From an uncultured Pseudomonadota bacterium (GTDB lineage Bacteria > Babelota > Babeliae > Babelales > Vermiphilaceae), in assembly GCA_964350195.1 (NCBI GenBank), contig CAYGJB010000002.1, positions 15,675 to 79,674 of the forward strand: a stretch of 64,000 nt of DNA, read 5' to 3'. Positions 18,300 through 29,596 of this stretch are shown one piece after another. Both the position numbers and the translations under genes were made by a program. The stretch's first letter is position 1; every line of letters starts with the position of its first letter. Below the pieces are notes generated by a model, which had not been told where the DNA came from, searched no databases, and saw only the letters and a program-made list of their open reading frames with translations.

Positions 18300-19920
18300 A
18301 GAGAAATTTCGCGCATCTGCACTTTTTTGCGGCTTTCTGCTGTGCTATATACTGTTGCTCTGCAATTTGGCCATAATCCAGCTTTTGAATCATTCATTTT
18401 TCTCCAATCTTGGTGCACAGCAATATCACCTCACCATCACCCAACTTCCTCCACGCGCTCCCATTTATGACCGCACCGGCACTCATTGCTTGGCTACCAA
18501 TAAAGAATGTATGTCTGCATTTTTAGTACCTAAAGATATTAGTGATCAAAAAATTATTCTCGCTTTTCTTACAGAACATTTTCCCTCAGCAGCGCACCGG
18601 CTTCAATCTGATCCGTTTGCCTCTTTTATGTACATCAAAAGACGCCTCAGCGAAAAAGATCTTGAGCTTATTTCGCACATAAACCTTCCTTGCATTCATC
18701 TTCTATCTGAAACGAATCGCTTTTATCCTATTCCTTCCGCCGCCCCACTTATCGGATTCACCGACATTGATAATGTAGGCAAAGCTGGCATTGAACTCAG
18801 CTACAATAGACAACTCACCGGATCACCAACTACCATCTGCTTAGAAAAAGATGCCCGCTCAGGGTATTACTACTTTGATAAACAGCTCACATTACAAGGA
18901 ATACAAAGCGAGCCTGTCCATCTCACTATTGATGGGGATCTACAGTTTTTGGTAGATCAAGAGCTAGCTATAGCACGAGAACAGTTCAATGCAACTTCTG
19001 CTGCCGTATTAATTTTAGATCCAAGTACCGGCGATATTCTCGCCCTTTCAAGCGCACCATACTCATTGCCTACCGATCCTCATTTTGCTATTGAGCATGC
19101 TCGCCAGCTTGCAGTCACCGATCAATATGAATTTGGTTCAGTTATGAAAGTATTTGCAGCACTTGCAGCCCTTGAAGAAAAAGTTGTCTTTCCGGATGAA
19201 CTTATCGATTGCAAGAATAGCCGTAAGTGTACCCTTAATGGTAGACCAATCACCACGTGGTCACCCCACGGCATTATTCCATTTAGTGATGTGATCGCTT
19301 TTTCAAACAATATAGGAATCGCCCAAGTAGCGCTGCGTATCGGCACAAAGCTCTATGATCATTATTGCAAACTCGGCTTTGGCAAAAAAATAGGCTTATG
19401 CATACCTGCAGAAGCTAGCGGTTTCATACAGTCCCCTGACAAATGGTCTGCCCAATCATTAATCTCCTTGTCGTATGGCTATGAACTCGCAGCTACCCTT
19501 ATTCAAGTGGCACAAGCTTTTACCGTTATCGCGCATAATGGTAAGCTCGTTCGTCCGCGCATTTCTCTTTCTGAACCAATAACAATCAGCGAAGAGCCAC
19601 TTTATTCCAAACAAAGTATTGATACTATGCGAGACATTCTGCGCAAAACAACAAAACATGGCACCGGCTGGCGTGCCCAATTAAAAGGGTTTGATGTCCT
19701 TACCAAAACCGGCAGTGCCAATACAGTCGTGAATGGCCAATATGATCACGACAAAAATATCTATTCTGCAGCAGCTCTTTTGCAAAAAGGAGAATATAAA
19801 CGAATCATAGTAACGTTTGTAAAAGAGGCAGACACACCCAATGCATTTGCGTCCACTATTGCAATGCCATTGGTACGTAATATCATGCAGAAGATGGTAA
19901 TTCATGAAAGAGTTATTTGA
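18286..19920 (+). CDS. ftsI: penicillin-binding protein 3 (FtsI-type class B transpeptidase)
   Basis: N-terminal TM anchor, SxxK (SVMK), SxN (SNN) and KTG (KTGS) motifs in the correct order. Confidence 0.9.
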   Translation: MNSRREKFRASALFCGFLLCYILLLCNLAIIQLLNHSFFSNLGAQQYHLTITQLPPRAPIYDRTGTHCLATNKECMSAFLVPKDISDQKIILAFLTEHFPSAAHRLQSDPFASFMYIKRRLSEKDLELISHINLPCIHLLSETNRFYPIPSAAPLIGFTDIDNVGKAGIELSYNRQLTGSPTTICLEKDARSGYYYFDKQLTLQGIQSEPVHLTIDGDLQFLVDQELAIAREQFNATSAAVLILDPSTGDILALSSAPYSLPTDPHFAIEHARQLAVTDQYEFGSVMKVFAALAALEEKVVFPDELIDCKNSRKCTLNGRPITTWSPHGIIPFSDVIAFSNNIGIAQVALRIGTKLYDHYCKLGFGKKIGLCIPAEASGFIQSPDKWSAQSLISLSYGYELAATLIQVAQAFTVIAHNGKLVRPRISLSEPITISEEPLYSKQSIDTMRDILRKTTKHGTGWRAQLKGFDVLTKTGSANTVVNGQYDHDKNIYSAAALLQKGEYKRIIVTFVKEADTPNAFASTIAMPLVRNIMQKMVIHERVI

Positions 19921-19931
19921 AAGGAACAGTA

Positions 19932-20840
19932 ATGAATTTTGTTATTCCCGCAGACGTGCCACCAAGCAAAAAAGATCTTTTTGAAAAAAACATGCAAACA
20001 ATAAGCAAAAAAACCGATCATGTCTTTCTCTTTGCATGCGATCAAAAAATAGAACATCTGCATACAGCTTTTAGTCCAGAAGATGACGATACCCCTGCAG
20101 AAGCAATCGATCCTGAACATTTCTTTAAAATAGGTTCGCAAGCACGTATTGGCGCATTAGCAACCCAGCTTGAACTGATTGCTCGATATGGTGGTGAATA
20201 TACGGATGTCCCCTACATTGCAAAACTTAACAGCAAAACCAATCTTATTCCCAGTAACCAAAAAGATCCCCATAGCCAACCGCTTTGGCATGTAAAAGAA
20301 CTGATTCAGATGCAAGAAGAAAGTGAACTCACTATTTGCGGTATAGGCATTACGGTATATCTTGGCAGCGAATTTGAAGATAAAATGATGCATTTTGCTG
20401 CTAAATCTATTTTCGAAGCACATAAAGAAGGCTTACTTGCCATCCTTTGGATGTATCCACGCGGAAAGGCGATACTGGATGAAACGAATGCTCATCTTAT
20501 TGCGGGTGCTGCGGGTGCTGCCAACGCACTTGGTGCTGATATCGTAAAAATCAAATCACCATCTGCCACCAATGAAAAAAATGCAATACAAGCACTACAG
20601 AAAGTGGTAGTTGCTGCTGGTAATACAAAGGTAATAATTTCAGGCGGCAGTAAAAAAGATCCTGTGCAGTTTCTTCAAACATTGTATGAACAAATCACGA
20701 TAGGCAACTCAGCTGGTGCTGCCGTGGGGCGTAATGTATTTCAAAATACATTGCCTAAGGCAATTGGTATGGCAAATGCTATTTCAGCAATCGTATACGA
20801 TAATGCTTCGGTAGAAAAAGCGAGTGAATTTTTACGATAA
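19932..20840 (+). CDS. class I fructose-bisphosphate aldolase, DhnA/FbaB family
   Basis: Colinear with E. coli FbaB-type proteins: DQ.IEH, KLNS.T, VY.GSE, ILWMYPRG, and GADIVKIK (Schiff-base Lys region). The ATG at 19932 follows AAGGA. The track start at 19917 is a TTG overlapping the ftsI stop. Confidence 0.8.
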   Translation: MNFVIPADVPPSKKDLFEKNMQTISKKTDHVFLFACDQKIEHLHTAFSPEDDDTPAEAIDPEHFFKIGSQARIGALATQLELIARYGGEYTDVPYIAKLNSKTNLIPSNQKDPHSQPLWHVKELIQMQEESELTICGIGITVYLGSEFEDKMMHFAAKSIFEAHKEGLLAILWMYPRGKAILDETNAHLIAGAAGAANALGADIVKIKSPSATNEKNAIQALQKVVVAAGNTKVIISGGSKKDPVQFLQTLYEQITIGNSAGAAVGRNVFQNTLPKAIGMANAISAIVYDNASVEKASEFLR

Positions 20841-20923
20841 ATCGAATTGAGTTTGGCACACCCTTGTAAATCTAAAAAACTCTGCGTAAGCTAGAAATCA
20901 ATTACACAAAAGGGAATAGATCA

Positions 20924-22411
20924 ATGAAAAAATCGGTATTAAAAACCGTCCTCCTGCTCCTCATATCATCCTCGATCACGCATGCAGAACCACAAGAAGT
21001 TTTTGCACGATCTTTTATGCTTACGCGCCCTGCTTCTTATAACATCGCTATGAACCAGCATCTCTGGCACAACTTTGTATACGATAAAAAAGGACCAGCG
21101 CTTGGCGCATTCCAGATAATTCCTTTTTTTCAGCTATCCCGCCCACGAGATAAAATTGCCCGCTATTTTTTGCCTAATCGCAAAAACCAGCTTTTAGTCG
21201 CAGGAGATACCACAGATGCAGATCTTATTCGCACGCGAGACATTCGCGCAGAGTGGCTCGGGCTTGCTACCAACTTCAGTGGCAAGTTTTCCATCTGCCC
21301 GTCACAAAAGCAAGTTGGATTCACGCTTATGTATAATCAAGATCTAAAAACATTTTTAGATTTTCCTCTTTTTAAAGATTGGTCTGTGGGCATAGAACTT
21401 CCGGTGATCATGGTAGAAAACGATCTCAATCTCTGCCAGTTTGATTTGCAATCCACCACTACCGAGCTCAACGTACAGCCTGATATTATTAGCGCACTCA
21501 ATCAGTGCGACTGGAAATACAGCAAATGGTCGGCCAAAAAAAAATCACTGATACGCCCTGAAAAGCTAAAACTAACTGCTGGCCGATCTTTAATGCATCG
21601 TGATTATTTCCAACTTTCAAGCGAAATGTCTCTCTCTATTCCAATCGCTAATCATCAAGATGCTGCATATATATTTAGCCCTGTCGTAGGCCTTGATCGG
21701 CATGTTGGCCTTGGAGGCGCTGTGTACATGCAAATACTTCTCAATCGCAATCCCGAAAAAATAGCTTGTAGTTTTTATCTTAATTTAGAAGGTAATTTTC
21801 TTGTGCGCAACAAACAACACCGCACCTACGACCTAAAAGACAAACCTTTCAGCCGATACATGCAATATACGTATCGCAATAGCGCACCAGGCGTTACGAT
21901 ACCGGGTGTAAACGTACTCACGCTTAAATCGTTAGTGCGCCCCTATGGGGTTGCTGATTTCTCTTTTGGGTGGCGCATCAATACAGCCCCATTTGAATTT
22001 GAAATTGGCTATGATCTGTATGGTTTTGGTGGTGAAGACGTGAAGCTGCGGGCTGATCTTGAATCCCCCTTTAATAAAAAATGCGGCGGCCTCAATGAGT
22101 TTGGCATTGCCGGTAATGGCACAATTGATTTCAAAGGAACGCAGATTCAAGCTACCGCAAGTAATAGCACCATCGAATGTCGCTCTGAGGATGATACAAC
22201 ATTCATAGCAATACAAGAAAATGATCTTGATCTTTGTACTGCTGCAGCCGGCAGCGTACTAAACCACAAATTCCATGCCGCATGTGGCATTGAACATCTT
22301 GGAGGTGGTATGGGTGGATTTGCTGGCTTTGGCTTCTATTTTGAATTCCCACAGAAAAACTCTAATCTCGCCAACTGGGGAGCATGGTTTAAGCTTGGTG
22401 CAAGCTTTTAG
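20924..22411 (+). CDS. predicted outer-membrane beta-barrel protein
   Basis: Signal peptide (..SSSITHA/EP), alternating-hydrophobicity strands, a G/F-rich C-terminus and a terminal ...KLGASF (aromatic last residue). Confidence 0.6.
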   Translation: MKKSVLKTVLLLLISSSITHAEPQEVFARSFMLTRPASYNIAMNQHLWHNFVYDKKGPALGAFQIIPFFQLSRPRDKIARYFLPNRKNQLLVAGDTTDADLIRTRDIRAEWLGLATNFSGKFSICPSQKQVGFTLMYNQDLKTFLDFPLFKDWSVGIELPVIMVENDLNLCQFDLQSTTTELNVQPDIISALNQCDWKYSKWSAKKKSLIRPEKLKLTAGRSLMHRDYFQLSSEMSLSIPIANHQDAAYIFSPVVGLDRHVGLGGAVYMQILLNRNPEKIACSFYLNLEGNFLVRNKQHRTYDLKDKPFSRYMQYTYRNSAPGVTIPGVNVLTLKSLVRPYGVADFSFGWRINTAPFEFEIGYDLYGFGGEDVKLRADLESPFNKKCGGLNEFGIAGNGTIDFKGTQIQATASNSTIECRSEDDTTFIAIQENDLDLCTAAAGSVLNHKFHAACGIEHLGGGMGGFAGFGFYFEFPQKNSNLANWGAWFKLGASF

Positions 22412-22532
22412 CAATCCTACAATATCTTCGTGCCGCCTGCATAAGGCCGAGATGAATTTGAAATTAAAACTCAGTCTGAGCTAGAAAAAAGCTCATAATT
22501 TCCGCCATCTACGTAAGACTAATCGGTATGAT

Positions 22533-23150
22533 TTACATCATACAAAGATGCTTCACGCGAATCGTAAGTATTCTACGAACATATTGCATTCGCTCATCAT
22601 CTTCAGAAACTCCTTGCGTAAGATACGTACGTAACTGCTTTTTATAGTGAGAAACAGATTGGTGCGTGATTTCTCTCATACGATCCACTCGCTTTTGAAA
22701 CTCTGTATAGTCACGCAGTTCCGCTCGAAGCTGTCGCTCAAGCTCTGCCACAGAGATCGTAAGCCGTACCACTTTATCGTATGCAAATTTCATAAGATTA
22801 CTGCCAGCTTCCACCCCCTGCGTTCGCAGAATCTTTATTTCATGCACATAGCTCATAAGTATCTTTTTGTTCAGTGAAAGAAGCGATTCTAGCTGCAACG
22901 TATCGGGTGGCTGATTAGCAGCAAACAATCTATTGCGCCGATTAGCAAGCGTTGAAACAAGCTCGCTCTCTGGTGCAAAACCCAGAGACTGCATACTCAC
23001 AATCTCCCGATCAATCGTATACGCGTGCTCTTTTTGCGCTCTAAGCACCATGTGCCTACGAAAATATTTAAAGAGATACCAGCTACCAAGACCTATTATG
23101 GTACTACTCAAAAGCACTGCCAAAATATATTTTACTTTTTTGTCTTTCAT
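22533..23150 (-). CDS. hypothetical membrane-anchored coiled-coil protein
   Basis: N-terminal TM helix followed by helical, charged sequence. No recognisable family. Confidence 0.5.
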   Translation of the reverse strand: MKDKKVKYILAVLLSSTIIGLGSWYLFKYFRRHMVLRAQKEHAYTIDREIVSMQSLGFAPESELVSTLANRRNRLFAANQPPDTLQLESLLSLNKKILMSYVHEIKILRTQGVEAGSNLMKFAYDKVVRLTISVAELERQLRAELRDYTEFQKRVDRMREITHQSVSHYKKQLRTYLTQGVSEDDERMQYVRRILTIRVKHLCMM

Positions 23151-23230
23151 CCCACTCTCCCCTTAAGAAAGTTATATCATCGCAAGAATAGCCACTTTAT
23201 GATTTAAAAAGCAATTGTTTCAGGCAATAA

Positions 23231-23260
23231 AAAAGCCCCTCCGATAAAAGAGGGGCTTTT
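23231..23260 (-). terminator. rho-independent terminator downstream of the E/K-rich gene
   Basis: AAAAGCCCCTC-cgataaaa-GAGGGGCTTTT. The minus-strand reading gives the hairpin followed by a T-run. Confidence 0.8.
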
Positions 23261-23285
23261 AGTAAGCTATAGCTATATGTAGCTT

Positions 23286-24272
23286 CTATTTCTTTTGAGT
23301 TTTCTTAGCAGCCTTAGAAACTTTTCTTTCATTCCACTTGGTAGCAATCTTACCAATAGTGGCACCATAAAAAGAGCTCGCGCCATTCTTCCATGTTTGC
23401 CCATCAAGACCAGCATACATGCCAAGCGATTTCATAAATCCTACTTGTTTAGCTTTTTCTGCTTTAGATAGCACATAGGGAGCAACAACTTTGTAGTATA
23501 TAATTAAAGTAGCTATTGTTCCGGTAGCCGCTTGCACACGCCCGTTTTTCACAAGGGCTCTGACAGATTTTAGCAACTCTGACTGTGGTGTGTTCAATTT
23601 ACAAATCTCCCTTACTTGTGAATTGATTATTACAACATCCTTGCCGATTATGTTATTTAATTCTTCAAATTTACGCTTATTTAATTCAGCAAAAGCCGGT
23701 TCTTTTTGTTCTTCCGATAAATTAACTATTTTCAATATCCTGTTGATCAACTCTTGTTTTTCCTTAGCTTCTTCTTCTTGTTCTAGCTTAGCTTCTTCTT
23801 CTTCTTGTTCTTGTTCTTGTTCTAGCTTAGCTTCTTCTTCTTTTACCTCAACTTCAGCTTCTTGTTCTGGCTTAGCTTCTTCTTGTTCTTTTAGCTTAGC
23901 TTGTTCTGCTTCTTTTAGCCTAGCTTCTTCTTCTAGCTTAGCTTGTTCTGCTTTTTCTTTTTCTAGCCTAGCTTCTTCTTGTTTCTTTACTTCTTCTTCT
24001 TTTTTCTTAGCTTCTAGCTTAGCTTTTTCTTCTTGTTTTTGCTTAGCTTCTTTTTCTTCTTGTTTTTGCTTAGCTTCTTTTTCTTCTTTAGAATTTTCTT
24101 CAGTTTCTTCTGATTCCTCTTCATCTTTTACAGAACAGAGAACTTCTTCAGGATTCGCCACGACTTCATCTAATTTACCATTATTTGCTTTATCCATCGC
24201 CATCATTGGATTGGCAAAAGAAAATGATAGACCAAAAATTATCAGCATCCGCAATAAAAATAGCTTCTGCAT
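23286..24272 (-). CDS. secreted E/K-rich repeat protein with hydrophobic C-terminal domain
   Basis: Signal peptide, roughly 150 aa of EEKEAKQKQ/EEAKLEQE-type repeats, then a C-terminal segment with a TM-like stretch (ATGTIATLIIYY). Confidence 0.6.
   Translation of the reverse strand: MQKLFLLRMLIIFGLSFSFANPMMAMDKANNGKLDEVVANPEEVLCSVKDEEESEETEENSKEEKEAKQKQEEKEAKQKQEEKAKLEAKKKEEEVKKQEEARLEKEKAEQAKLEEEARLKEAEQAKLKEQEEAKPEQEAEVEVKEEEAKLEQEQEQEEEEAKLEQEEEAKEKQELINRILKIVNLSEEQKEPAFAELNKRKFEELNNIIGKDVVIINSQVREICKLNTPQSELLKSVRALVKNGRVQAATGTIATLIIYYKVVAPYVLSKAEKAKQVGFMKSLGMYAGLDGQTWKNGASSFYGATIGKIATKWNERKVSKAAKKTQKK
24025..24088. repeat. 27-nt perfect tandem repeat (2.3 copies) inside a broader CTT/GCT-rich low-complexity tract (about 23760-24110)
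   Basis: TTTTCTTCTTGTTTTTGCTTAGCTTCT occurs at 24025-24051 and again at 24052-24078, followed by a partial third copy. It encodes EEKEAKQKQ on the minus strand. Confidence 0.85.
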
Positions 24273-24579
24273 AACAGTACCTTTTGTGTAAAATAATTAA
24301 ACTTTTCTTTCTACATTATGCCCTTATAGGAGCACCCTCTCTTCTCTATTTCACGTAGAAATAAGATGAAGAGGTTCTATTCATTATACTGCAAATAAGA
24401 TAAAAATAAAGCTTCCCATCTAATAAAATCGCAAACATTACATGTCTGCTTCTTCGATTTCATAGCGATTTTTGCTACTTTCTTTCAGCCTTACAAAGAG
24501 CATGCGGAAATATTACTAGCCCAATATCTCAACTTTCGCAAAATCCTGGCCTAAATACTCATACAATTTTATTGCAAAC

Positions 24580-25005
24580 TTACGCACACTTTTTTTGCGG
24601 CCAAAATTCTTTTATGTCAAGCGCGCAAAAAGCGACAAACTTTCTCTTGAATGAAGGCTTTAGCTTTCTCTTTTTATTCATAAGCAGAGGACGCAAATAA
24701 TGAACATAACTATAGCAACATCCTGCCAATAAAATCGCGCTTCTCGTATATAGGCTTCGTTGCCAACATAAAAAACTGCTGGCATAATTCAATTCACGCT
24801 GCTGCTGCAAGCAAAGCGATTTGAGCTGTTGGTTCTCTTTCGTTATTTCTTGAAGCGTTGCATCACAAAGCTTTAATTTCTCTTGCACCTTATCTGTAAA
24901 TACAATCCTAGCTTCTCTCTCTTGCACCGCCGTGCCCAAGTTTTGCATTGCAGAAAGGCTACTCATACATAAAAGAGATAGAGTCGGCACGAGAAACTGC
25001 TTCAT
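24580..25005 (-). CDS. hypothetical secreted or membrane protein
   Basis: Signal peptide, short coiled coil, and a Cys-rich hydrophobic segment. No recognisable family. Confidence 0.45.
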   Translation of the reverse strand: MKQFLVPTLSLLCMSSLSAMQNLGTAVQEREARIVFTDKVQEKLKLCDATLQEITKENQQLKSLCLQQQRELNYASSFLCWQRSLYTRSAILLAGCCYSYVHYLRPLLMNKKRKLKPSFKRKFVAFCALDIKEFWPQKKCA

Positions 25006-25189
25006 AATTTACCTTGAAATTATGTACACATAAATCTAAGTACGATAGCACGTCACGTCAGCTTAAACAACCTCTGAACGAGACCAAAAGCCAATGTGAA
25101 TGAGAGGTGATTCCGTTTGGAAAGATCGGAGTAATCTTGAAATAGAGAACCTAGATTGAGCAATCAACATCAATATGCAATTAAAAAAA

Positions 25190-25220
25190 AGACCCCAGCA
25201 GTAAAGCCGAGGTCTTTTTT
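25190..25220 (-). terminator. probable terminator downstream of groEL
   Basis: AGACC...GGTCT stem flanked by A8 and T7 runs, 15 nt past the groEL stop. The stem is short and the loop is long. Confidence 0.45.
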
Positions 25221-25234
25221 TGGTCTTAGTTTCT

Positions 25235-26896
<1,662 letters not shown>

Positions 26897-26909
26897 TTAC
26901 TTATTTAAT

Positions 26910-27200
26910 TTACTTAGTGTCAATCACGCCTAAAAGCTCATCTTCCTTGATGATCAAATAATCATCGCCCGCTTCTGTGCCAGCATATTTACCAAAATAA
27001 ACGGTATCGCCCGCCTTAACGGTGAGAGTAATTGTATTGCCGGAAGCATCTTTTTTCCCTGCACCAACGGCAATCACATGCCCTGTTTGCGCTTTTTCTT
27101 TTGCAGCATCAGGAATGATAATTCCAGATGCAGTCTTTTCTTCAACCGGTACTCGTTTAATCAGTACACGATCCCCTAATGGTTTGATTCTTTCAAACAT
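26910..27200 (-). CDS. groES: co-chaperonin GroES
   Basis: 96 aa. IKPLGDRVLIKR...GIIIPD...G.V.AVG. AGGAGG RBS upstream. Confidence 0.97.
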   Translation of the reverse strand: MFERIKPLGDRVLIKRVPVEEKTASGIIIPDAAKEKAQTGHVIAVGAGKKDASGNTITLTVKAGDTVYFGKYAGTEAGDDYLIIKEDELLGVIDTK

Positions 27201-27248
27201 AGTTCCTCCTGTATGAAGGGTTAGTGAATATCATTTTTTAACATCTTC

Positions 27249-27276
27249 AGCATACCAAAATATCTCAAACTTTCAA
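27249..27276 (-). promoter_or_regulatory. candidate sigma70-like promoter of groES-groEL
   Basis: The minus strand reads TTGAAA-16 nt-TATGCT, about 49 nt upstream of the groES ATG. This is a pattern match only. Confidence 0.3.
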
Positions 27277-27572
27277 TATATTTTATTTGAGCGCCCAGAC
27301 TCATATTTTATTTATCGATATCTATCAATATAACCTTTAGATCAGCCTATATAATGGGATTAATTTTAGTTTTTACTATTCATCAATTTTATGCTTTTTT
27401 AAAAAACATCCGACAACAATTCAGATCGAAAACATTCTGCCTAAACGAGCTTTTTTAAAGGACACGCGCAGCGTCATCTTACCCTGAAAATTGCTTAGGC
27501 CTAGGGGTTTCAATGGACTAAAAGCACATACTGCGCAGCACAATCCAGCGCAGAAAAAGACAAGGGATTTTG

Positions 27573-28025
27573 CTAAGCGCAGGCTTTATCTTTTTTGCAT
27601 CGGCAATCAGCTGGATTACAGCCTTTTTTGCCTTCTGCCGACTTCTCTTTGTCCACAACATGCTTCACCAGCTGTTGCACCTTTTCAGGGGTTGGCTGAT
27701 AGAGATCGATAAGATTGCCTCCCGGATCTTTAATGCTTGCCATCAGGCCATGCACCTTTTCCACCGGCTCTGATTTGAATGAAATTTCGTCCTTGTACTT
27801 CTCATAAAAAGCTTTAACATCATCCACTTCAAGAACGAGTCCGGTGACTGTATCGTGCGGCTCTTGGCTCGTAGGGCAAAGACCAATCTTAACGCCCCCA
27901 ACAGCAAATTCTGCCCAGGAATCTTTAATATGAAAGATTTGTTTGAGGCCTAGCTTTTTATAGAATTCAACGGCTGCATCAACATTATGCTCAAGCAAAA
28001 TGATCATACCTACTTTTGTTATCAT
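27573..28025 (-). CDS. VOC (glyoxalase/bleomycin-resistance) family protein with Cys-rich tail
   Basis: The beta-alpha-beta-beta-beta module pattern (V..A..FY..LG......W.EF..GG..I.L; DP.GN.I.L) is present. The C-terminus is GCNPADCRCKKDKACA. Confidence 0.7.
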   Translation of the reverse strand: MITKVGMIILLEHNVDAAVEFYKKLGLKQIFHIKDSWAEFAVGGVKIGLCPTSQEPHDTVTGLVLEVDDVKAFYEKYKDEISFKSEPVEKVHGLMASIKDPGGNLIDLYQPTPEKVQQLVKHVVDKEKSAEGKKGCNPADCRCKKDKACA

Positions 28026-28280
28026 CGCTGCTTACTCCCTGCGCTTTGATCACGCATATATCTGTAAAAAATAATGAACGAATGGTTAAATATAAGAATA
28101 AAAGAATAGTGATTTTTATCAAATCTTTTGCCTTATGAAAATGGCAAAATAACACCGACCATGAAAGATACCGCAATCCTTTTTTCTATTCGTACCAAGC
28201 CAAAAAACTGTCTGATTGCGACTTATACATATAACATATAAGTTTAAACGAAAGATAAAATGGACTTAAAAAGGAAAAAA

Positions 28281-28934
28281 ATGATCAAACTGTTCCCGTC
28301 ATTAATAAGCGGCAATCTTCTATGTATCGAAAAATCAATTAAGCTTCTTGAGCACTATAGTGATGGCTTTCATGTTGATATTATGGACAATCATTTCGTA
28401 CCGAACATGACGTTTGGCCCCGATATGGTGAACGCAATTGCACAATCCACAAGCAAGCAGATATGGGTGCATCTGATGGTGGATAATCCGGCTGATTGGT
28501 GTGATACATTGAAGCTCAAAGATGGCAGCATTGTTTCATTTCATTTTGAATCAACGAATGACCCAAAAAAGGTAATCAAATGTATAACAGAAAAAAATTG
28601 GATCCCGAGCATTGCGATTAGCCCAAAAACGAACGCTGCTGAAATTTTTTCTCTGCTTAATAGCATAAATCATGTTTTGGTGATGTCGGTGAACCCCGGC
28701 TTTTCTGGTCAACGTTTTTTGCCGGATACGCTTTCAAAAGTTACCCAAGTTCTAGATCGTGCAAAAACAATTGGTAAAAAAATAATTGTTGGCATCGATG
28801 GAGGAGTTAACGTTGAAAATATTCAGAAAGTAGTCTCTGCCGGCGTACAAGATATTGCTGCAGCATCCGCTATTTTTGATAACAAAAACCCGGTACAAGC
28901 ACTAGAAAATCTTCGGAGGCTCGCTCAAAAATAA
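28281..28934 (+). CDS. rpe: ribulose-phosphate 3-epimerase
   Basis: PS(L)IS..L, HVDIMDNHFVPN, VMSVNPGFSGQ.F, DGG(V)N. The start is taken at ATG 28281 after AAGGA. An upstream in-frame ATG at 28260 is also possible. Confidence 0.9.
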   Translation: MIKLFPSLISGNLLCIEKSIKLLEHYSDGFHVDIMDNHFVPNMTFGPDMVNAIAQSTSKQIWVHLMVDNPADWCDTLKLKDGSIVSFHFESTNDPKKVIKCITEKNWIPSIAISPKTNAAEIFSLLNSINHVLVMSVNPGFSGQRFLPDTLSKVTQVLDRAKTIGKKIIVGIDGGVNVENIQKVVSAGVQDIAAASAIFDNKNPVQALENLRRLAQK

Positions 28935-28992
28935 ACTCGTCTACGCCAAGGCTATACAGGATAAACACACGCAGCTTTTCATCATCTGCACA

Positions 28993-29018
28993 AAAAAAGC
29001 ACCAGATTTCTCTGGTGC
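28993..29018 (-). terminator. rho-independent terminator of the 29052..29447 gene
   Basis: GCACCAG-atttct-CTGGTGC. The minus-strand reading is followed by TTTTTTT. Confidence 0.7.
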
Positions 29019-29051
29019 CCCTTATTCTCTACAAGAAAAAAACGAATCTAA

Positions 29052-29447
29052 TTAGTTAGAATCTTCTTCGCCTTCTTCACTTTCTGAATCTTCAGTAAGT
29101 TTCTTAGCTACAGGAGTTGCAATAAGCATCAATGGAAGAAGACCTCGAGTCACAAAACGTTGCGTACGATCGCCAATCCAGCCAGGATATCCAGTACCAA
29201 TTGCACGCTTAAAATTTAAAGCCTGTTTGTGAGTTACCGAGTTGTTCTTAGAAGCATCATCATACACATTAAGATAATCGTCTAAGTTTTCTTTTTTTGT
29301 ATCAAGCAGACTATAAAAGCCGAATGAAGCTAATATATTTTTAGTCATCATCCCCCAAGAATTTTCTTGATTTTTAGGACTTTGACCCGCTTGAATTTGC
29401 GAAGCAACAAGCACAAATGCCATCATTGCCAATAATTTTTTGTTCAT
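29052..29447 (-). CDS. hypothetical secreted protein with acidic tail
   Basis: Signal peptide (..ASQIQA/GQ) and a C-terminal EDSESEEGEEDSN tail. Confidence 0.5.
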   Translation of the reverse strand: MNKKLLAMMAFVLVASQIQAGQSPKNQENSWGMMTKNILASFGFYSLLDTKKENLDDYLNVYDDASKNNSVTHKQALNFKRAIGTGYPGWIGDRTQRFVTRGLLPLMLIATPVAKKLTEDSESEEGEEDSN

Positions 29448-29596
29448 AGAATCACCTTTGTAATATTTGGTTGAACATTTCTTTGTAAAATTTCGAACAC
29501 TGTTTTCGTAGCCTTATTATAGTAATCTAAAGCATTTTTAACGTTTCGTCTATAGGTAAACTAAAAAAAATGTTTTGTTACTAGCTGCACTAATTT

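Noticed and set aside
23760-24110. Highly repetitive DNA was considered as a possible CRISPR array or satellite.
   Set aside because: There is no repeat-spacer organisation. The periodicity is in multiples of 3 and lies within a coding frame, so these are protein-coding E/K repeats.
23590-24291. A 233-aa plus-strand ORF rich in Ser, Leu and Cys.
   Set aside because: It is the mirror image of the E/K-repeat gene on low-complexity DNA. The minus-strand frame has a signal peptide, a start context and a downstream terminator.
27201-27420. Searched upstream of groES for a CIRCE operator (TTAGCACTC-N9-GAGTGCTAA).
   Set aside because: No such inverted repeat is present. The nearest candidates (TTAGTGAAT..., and TGAG-n8-CTCA at about 27287-27302) are 4-bp stems at best.
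29528-29540. TAAAGCATTTTTA near the left island edge against TAAAGCATGTTTTTTA (34093-34108) next to tRNA-Arg, considered as candidate att direct repeats.
   Set aside because: The match is short, imperfect and AT-rich, so it is expected by chance in this composition. Serine recombinases also do not generate long direct repeats.
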